Positions 58,979-64,000 of a stretch of DNA of 64,000 nt are shown here, piece after piece; within the stretch, counting starts at the first letter, position 1, and each line of letters starts with the position of its first letter. Origin of the DNA: Guillardia theta CCMP2712. Lineage: Eukaryota; Protista; Cryptophyta. Below the pieces are notes generated by a model, which worked only from the letters and a program-made list of their open reading frames with translations, did not search any database and was not told where the DNA came from. The stretch spans positions 58,403 to 122,402 of the forward strand of contig NW_005434520.1 in NCBI RefSeq assembly GCF_000315625.1. Reading direction: 5' to 3'. The position numbers were made by a program, and so were the translations under genes.

Positions 58979-61438
58979 ATGTTTCAATTGGACTGTGGTC
59001 TTTTCAAGAGAAATTCTACATCTTTGCATCAAGGACCACCAACGAAGAAGAGAAGAACAAAACAGAAAATTGAAATCAGTGATCCATCTTTGCAAATCTT
59101 GGAAGAATTTGCCAAAGAGGCAGACTTTGTCTACTCCAAGCGCAGTAAATGGCAAGGTGATGGCGATCTGCATTCGTTCTTGAATGGTTTTGGTTCAAGT
59201 GCCTCTGCCAAGTTTCCTGCACACATTCCTGCGCGTACATTCAGTGAACTGTGGGAAGAATTCAAGACAGAGCATGAATTTCCACCGGAATTCCAACCAT
59301 CCTCTTTCACAGATTTTGAAGAAGAGAATATCCAGCAACTGTTCTTGGAGAAGGCTAAAGGGCAAACAATACCTTTCCTGGACATGGCTCTGCGGAATTG
59401 GTTGAAAGGGATCGGGAAACCCGGACGCTCACACGAGGAACAATGGAAGAATTTTGCATACGTGTTCGATTCGCTTTCCAATAAGAAAAACAAGAACAAC
59501 AAATTTACTTTGGAGAAATTTTTGTCGGGGTTTGTTTCTAACAGGAATTGTAAGCGTCAGCTTGCAAAAGAGCTTCGCAAAAACCTAAAACTTCAAAAGA
59601 AGCTAAAGTACATTGCCCGAAGCTATATGCCGGATGTCAACGAGTCATGCGCGTTACTGCTGAAGGCGAATATGACCAAGGGCGCGTACAATATATTCTG
59701 GGGTGATGATGGCCGAATGCATCGTCTCGCGGTTCCATTCAAGAAAATAGGAAAATGCCGTGTGATGAAGAAGCTTTTCTTGAAGCAAGCTTTGAAAGTT
59801 TTTCGAACCGAACAAGGATGTCACGGAACAGACCTTTCCGATTCTGTGAAATTGAAGATAGTGCAGAAGCATTTGCAACACAAAAAGAAGTTGCTGTTGA
59901 TTTTCAACACAGACGCAACGGTTTTGGGGAAGTCACTTGGATCGGACACAAAACACACTGAAGTATCTATCACAGTCCTCGCACCTCGATCCGAATGCGA
60001 TGACAGCGAAGAATGGAATGAAATCGAAGCTTGTGTCAGGCGGGCCCTCGATGCTGGGACCTTGATGATATTACCTGTGGGTGACAACGCCAAGAATATG
60101 GACTTCAATTTTTGGAAACCGTACGAGAACCCTATCATTTCGATTCTGAAGAATGGCATCACGATCGGAGACAACAATATCGAGATTCAAGTATTTTTCA
60201 GAGCAGACTTAGCAGGACACTATGGATTGCTCGATCATGGTGGAGTTCACGATCGCAGCGGGAAGTTTTGTCTTCACTGTGAAGAGACAGCGCAAGCCAA
60301 GAAGGCAGGCAAATTCATTTTCCTTTCCGAGATCCAGCAGCAGGATTCTATCTCTTTGCGCGAATTCTGCAAACGTCATCGCCTTTTCCCCTCCGACATT
60401 GAAATGTTGCATGACATTGTACGCAGTGCTTGCGGTAATGGAGATCTTGCTCTGGCAGAAATGATTGAAGGCAGTGATTCGGGAGGGGGCGCACATGTTG
60501 AACAGCTTTTGAGCAAATGTCTGGAAGCGGGCAATCAGCAGGAGTTGAGTACATGCTTAGACAATCCAGACAAGCCTCTTCCTATTGGACTTGTTGTACC
60601 TTGTCTTCGTTTATGTAAGATTTCAAGAAAGTCTAGTCATCTTCAACAAGCTGACTTCCCGAGTTTGCATTTCCTCTACTGCGCACTTCATTTGAGGTTA
60701 AGATTTGTCAACTTGTTGGTGAACTATATTTATGAAGTCGCTGCCAATCAAGGCAAAGTGGCAGCGGTTAACAGAATCTTGCAGTCGTTTCAAGTCAACA
60801 TGGAACTGAAAAATGACAAAGATCAACAAAGACAGTTGAGCGGAAAGATGTGTAAACGGTTTATGAACGCTTTACCGCAAATCATAGATTTGCTGATTTC
60901 GAATGAGGTCACTCGTCAAGAGTGGAGAACTGCCCTTGATGAATGGGATCATGTCATCACGGTGCTCTCGTGTCAGTACTACGACAAAATTACTCGGGCA
61001 GATGCAGAAGAGTTGCCGTCTAGAATCCGGAGCTTTTGTGTAAAAATTGTCAAATTGATCGGAGATGTGAAGAGGCTGCAGTCGTTTTATTTTCATAGCC
61101 TCCTAATTGGGCACATCGGCGAACAATTCGAGTATCTATACAAGGAGTTTGGAGTCCCCCTGGGACTTTTGAGCCTTTCTGCAATCGAAAAGCGACACGA
61201 AACAATGGGAAGACGATGCTACAAGAAAGCTATAGCAGAGATCAATTTGTACATGAGTGGAAAGAGTACTTCCGATTTGCATCCCGATGGACAACCCGAT
61301 TCTAAGGCCTCACGATCGTTTTACACTCTAATGAATCTGCTCTTACAATCATACAACGATGAGACTGCTGAAGCTCTATTTCAGCACACAGTTCAGAACG
61401 TTGATTTAGCAGCGTTAAGAAGAAGTTTGGATGAATAA
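58979..61438 (+). CDS. RAG1-core/Transib-like DDE transposase (~819 aa from the ATG at 58979; ORF open from 58676)
   Basis: Ordered motifs LIFNTDAT (D), VFFRADLA (D), FCLHC (CxxC), CALHLRLR, LSGKMCKRFM, FYFHSLLIGH and GVPLGLLSLSAIEKRH (E); NLS-like PPTKKRRTK; TATAAAA at ~58895 upstream; intronless with no stops. Confidence 0.75.
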   Translation: MFQLDCGLFKRNSTSLHQGPPTKKRRTKQKIEISDPSLQILEEFAKEADFVYSKRSKWQGDGDLHSFLNGFGSSASAKFPAHIPARTFSELWEEFKTEHEFPPEFQPSSFTDFEEENIQQLFLEKAKGQTIPFLDMALRNWLKGIGKPGRSHEEQWKNFAYVFDSLSNKKNKNNKFTLEKFLSGFVSNRNCKRQLAKELRKNLKLQKKLKYIARSYMPDVNESCALLLKANMTKGAYNIFWGDDGRMHRLAVPFKKIGKCRVMKKLFLKQALKVFRTEQGCHGTDLSDSVKLKIVQKHLQHKKKLLLIFNTDATVLGKSLGSDTKHTEVSITVLAPRSECDDSEEWNEIEACVRRALDAGTLMILPVGDNAKNMDFNFWKPYENPIISILKNGITIGDNNIEIQVFFRADLAGHYGLLDHGGVHDRSGKFCLHCEETAQAKKAGKFIFLSEIQQQDSISLREFCKRHRLFPSDIEMLHDIVRSACGNGDLALAEMIEGSDSGGGAHVEQLLSKCLEAGNQQELSTCLDNPDKPLPIGLVVPCLRLCKISRKSSHLQQADFPSLHFLYCALHLRLRFVNLLVNYIYEVAANQGKVAAVNRILQSFQVNMELKNDKDQQRQLSGKMCKRFMNALPQIIDLLISNEVTRQEWRTALDEWDHVITVLSCQYYDKITRADAEELPSRIRSFCVKIVKLIGDVKRLQSFYFHSLLIGHIGEQFEYLYKEFGVPLGLLSLSAIEKRHETMGRRCYKKAIAEINLYMSGKSTSDLHPDGQPDSKASRSFYTLMNLLLQSYNDETAEALFQHTVQNVDLAALRRSLDE

Positions 61439-61541
61439 ATTTTTTACTTCTCTGTCTGAATACTTTTACCATCACAACAGTTCACAACGCAGAGTTAAGA
61501 AATTTGGAAGAATAAAACTTTGGCCTTGTCTGCCTTGTTGC

Positions 61542-62687
61542 TTAGTAGTGTTCCGAGGGAGGGAAATTCCACATTAGCGCCTTGGTGAAGGATAACCTTA
61601 CAATTTTTGTGAACTTGAAGGTGATCGCTGTTGCACATGCCGAACGCGGATTTTGAATTGGCATGAAAATTTGGATAGGGCCTTCGAGGTAGATGGATCC
61701 TCGAGCAGGCCCCAGGCTAAAAGGACAATCTTTCAAGGGAACATTCAAGGCTTCTTTGAACAATGGAGTATGTAACAGATTTGCATCCAGAGTCCAGGCA
61801 CATCGACGAGAATGGCGGTTTGAAATTCCTGAGCACAGCACCTTGCTTGTTTCTACAGGCATCTGTCTCAACAAATACAGTATCGCAGTAAAATCTTGAA
61901 TTGGTACGGTGAAAGCAAGGCGATTTGCTTTTCTCGGATTCCATTTAGTGCATCCTCGCTTCACCAACCATATCTTCAATTCTTCTCGTATGACATTAAA
62001 AACATTGGAGATCTTGAAGAAGTTAAGCTCATCCTGAAAGTTCGCCAAATAACAATTGAGCATTGATTGTGTCAACCGAAATCCTTTGAAGTATTCTATG
62101 TGACAACGTTCTTTTTGCTGTACATTCTCGAAAAAGATCCATCCAACGACGCTTACAAGTGAGACAGGAGATGGAGGACCGGGGGCAACAAAAACACAAG
62201 GGAATGTAACATGGAAAATTCTCACGATATCTGATATTGGAAACTCATCTGTATATATGCTCTGGAAACACTCATGTGATTGAATTCCAGCTAGCAAACT
62301 TGTGTACCTCCTGTCATTCATGATAGACAACTTTTGGAAAACTTCCTCAATGATCGACCTATTATACAAAATGTAAACTTCTACTGACTGCTCTGTGACA
62401 TGTTTTATGACTCCGTGCCGCTCCTTACGATCGACGTCCAAGAACACAACGCCAAGAAAGGGTTTCAACGTAAGATCAACATTCCACATGGGCACATGGT
62501 ACTTTGGAGGGTTTGGCAACGGAGGAGAAGCTTGCATGTCAGTTTGGTAGGTAAAACAAAGAGGGACTTGGACATTGTTAGGAATGTTTCCGGGCTTTTC
62601 TTGCAGCTGGACCCGTTTGTCCCTCTGTTCGTAATGTCTCCTACTGTCATCTGCAAGTTGAGCTGCCTTCCTTCGAACTCTTGCCAT
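61542..62687 (-). CDS. Transposon accessory protein (381 aa), possible BAH-like domain
   Basis: Intact ORF inside the TIRs, tail-to-tail with the transposase (~100-bp gap); GVIKHVTEQSVEVYILY...HECFQSIYTDEFPISDIVRIFHV resembles the BAH pattern (weak). Confidence 0.6.
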   Translation of the reverse strand: MARVRRKAAQLADDSRRHYEQRDKRVQLQEKPGNIPNNVQVPLCFTYQTDMQASPPLPNPPKYHVPMWNVDLTLKPFLGVVFLDVDRKERHGVIKHVTEQSVEVYILYNRSIIEEVFQKLSIMNDRRYTSLLAGIQSHECFQSIYTDEFPISDIVRIFHVTFPCVFVAPGPPSPVSLVSVVGWIFFENVQQKERCHIEYFKGFRLTQSMLNCYLANFQDELNFFKISNVFNVIREELKIWLVKRGCTKWNPRKANRLAFTVPIQDFTAILYLLRQMPVETSKVLCSGISNRHSRRCAWTLDANLLHTPLFKEALNVPLKDCPFSLGPARGSIYLEGPIQIFMPIQNPRSACATAITFKFTKIVRLSFTKALMWNFPPSEHY

Positions 62688-63101
62688 TCCTTTTCAGGCT
62701 GGTTGGACAGGGAGGGCACCGCCAACATTTTAAGATTCAGAATTTTAAGAGTTATCAATTCTAAAGCTATAATTGCAATAGATTTGTACCAATTCCATGT
62801 TAAGCTTTGACAGTAAAATACATGTAAAAAAAGGTTTCAACCAAGTGTGAAAATCTTCAATAGAAAATTTCAAGAAACCTTCAAACAGAAATGACTACCC
62901 CCTGTTTCCCATGCCCCACCCCCCTTGAGAATTCCATTGAAACTACCGCGGTTTGACCCCAGAATGAACCGCGACATGCTTCGACTCATGAAGTCCGAGA
63001 CAACGCTACCTGACTGAATGCTCGTCCTATCCATGTTTTCTTGAACAACTTCTTTCAACACAACAACTCCGAGAGGAAAACCAGGCCTTCGCGTACCAAA
63101 A

Positions 63102-63329
63102 TGTTAGGAAAACTTCCTAAAAGTATCTCTCGATCCAGTGTTGACACACGAAGTGATCCCGTCAAGAAACCAAAGAACAAGCGCGCGACAGCAATGCACA
63201 ATTCAACGGCAATTTACTCCAAATCAACGTTAGAGATAAAGAAAAGTAAGTAATCTAATTTCCTAAGAAACGAGACTGCCTAGGACACCTACTTAAGAAA
63301 GACAGGAAGTCAGTAAACATATCCTATCA
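63102..63329 (-). repeat. 5' LTR
   Basis: TG...CA termini; followed on the - strand by PBS-like TGGTACGCG. Confidence 0.97.
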
Positions 63330-64000
63330 GGGACATGTTCAGCTTGCGTGTAGGCAATTCCAAGATATGATCCAAAAAGCACACAACGAAGTCATGAAGA
63401 AGATCAAGGTAAGACTGCAGCAGAGCTGGAGGAAACAAAGGTTACAGGTCAATTCATGGTGGGACACTCCAATACGCATCGTGATGGAAGCGATGGGGAC
63501 TTCAATGCACCGAGAAGGGCAATGGATACCAGACGGTTGCTGCTACTTTGCAAGCATCAAACGCATTGTCCTCATCGAATTTGCAAGGACATCGGAATAT
63601 GACGGAGTCGAACAAACAAGTCTGGAATGCCTGAAGAAGAAATTTCAGGAAAAGGAAGAGAAATATGCCCCCCTACGAGCAGAAATCACAGCTTTGCTAC
63701 CTGACCATGAAGTGGAACAAGCAACATTCATAGCAGGAGTGAAAGGATCGATCATGGAGAGGGAATGGCATCATTCCGTTCCAATCGGCCCCTTCTGGAA
63801 TCTTTAGTACCAGGGCGTTTTGTTTGTACTGCCTTTAAAATACTTGTTCCAAAGCGTTGTGGTATTTGTACGGAGGTCCTCAGGGCTCCCCATACATGAG
63901 GTTGTACCACAAAAGTCCCTCATTTTCTGTGAGGTTCGCATGGGTGGTTTCAGATAGTTTAGAGAACCCGTACGTTTCCCTCCGTCAGAGTCAGGGTGGG

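Larger units (their letters stand above)
57636..62966 (+). mobile_element. 5.3-kb TIR DNA transposon with a RAG1-core/Transib/Chapaev-like transposase and a convergent second gene
   Basis: 25-bp TIRs CATTCTGGGGTCAAACCGTGGTAGT (57636-57660) and ACTACCGCGGTTTGACCCCAGAATG (62942-62966), one mismatch; 3-bp TSD AAC (57633-57635 and 62967-62969); in-silico excision restores the gag frame. Confidence 0.92.
52217..63329 (-). mobile_element. Ty3/gypsy chromodomain LTR retrotransposon (chromovirus-like), full length, with a nested DNA transposon
   Basis: 228-bp LTRs TGTT...ATCA at 52217-52444 and 63102-63329; 5-bp TSD GGGAC at 52212-52216 and 63330-63334; PBS-like TGGTACGCGAAGG and PPT-like AGGGAGCGAAA on the - strand; domain order PR-RT-RH-IN-chromo. 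Confidence 0.97.
51950..63780 (+). mobile_element. 3' part of an RLE-type (R2/CRE-like) non-LTR element split by the LTR insertion (pieces ~51950-52216 and 63335-~63780)
   Basis: Joining across the GGGAC TSD gives KLFQWGKTNSPCCPHCPDREETWGHVQLACRQFQDMIQKAHNEV (CCHC knuckle plus RHN-like motif), then WIPDG...VLIEFAR...KEEKY...FIAGVKG (restriction-like endonuclease). Confidence 0.8.

Noticed and set aside
61542-62687. RAG2 orthologue
   Set aside because: No kelch-repeat GG motifs or PHD finger are visible; only the position and orientation are RAG2-like
58676-62687. Extra env-like or captured genes native to the LTR retrotransposon
   Set aside because: They lie within their own TIRs and TSD, which interrupt gag, so they belong to a nested DNA transposon

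Overview
Eukaryotic nuclear DNA with short GT-AG introns, many filled with (CTC)n/(GAG)n microsatellite, and two N gaps. A signal-peptide+Phe bipartite plastid presequence suggests an alga with a red-derived complex plastid, probably a cryptophyte (inference). The left half (~1-30.7 kb) holds intron-rich host genes: a NASP/Sim3-type histone chaperone, a 9-PAS/5-receiver hybrid histidine kinase, a Sel1-repeat protein, a ZNF511-like C2H2 protein, a plastid TerC with a C-terminal EF-hand pair and a PPR-like protein. The right half (~30.8-64 kb) is a transposon cluster: RRM-like repeat remnants, an intronless Crinkler-type NTPase+REase gene, a truncated piggyBac, a duplicated coiled-coil ORF cassette in a ~155-bp satellite, a complete Mutator element with a Ulp1 protease domain (9-bp TSD), a Crypton tyrosine-recombinase remnant and a three-level nest. 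In the nest, an RLE-type non-LTR retroelement is interrupted by a chromodomain Ty3/gypsy element (228-bp LTRs that look identical, GGGAC TSD, -1 frameshift signal). Its gag is interrupted by the main find, a 5.3-kb DNA transposon (57636-62966) with 25-bp CA...TG TIRs and a 3-bp AAC TSD. This element encodes an intact RAG1-core/Transib-like DDE transposase and a convergent, non-kelch partner ORF. All family assignments come from motif recognition by eye; no database search was run.
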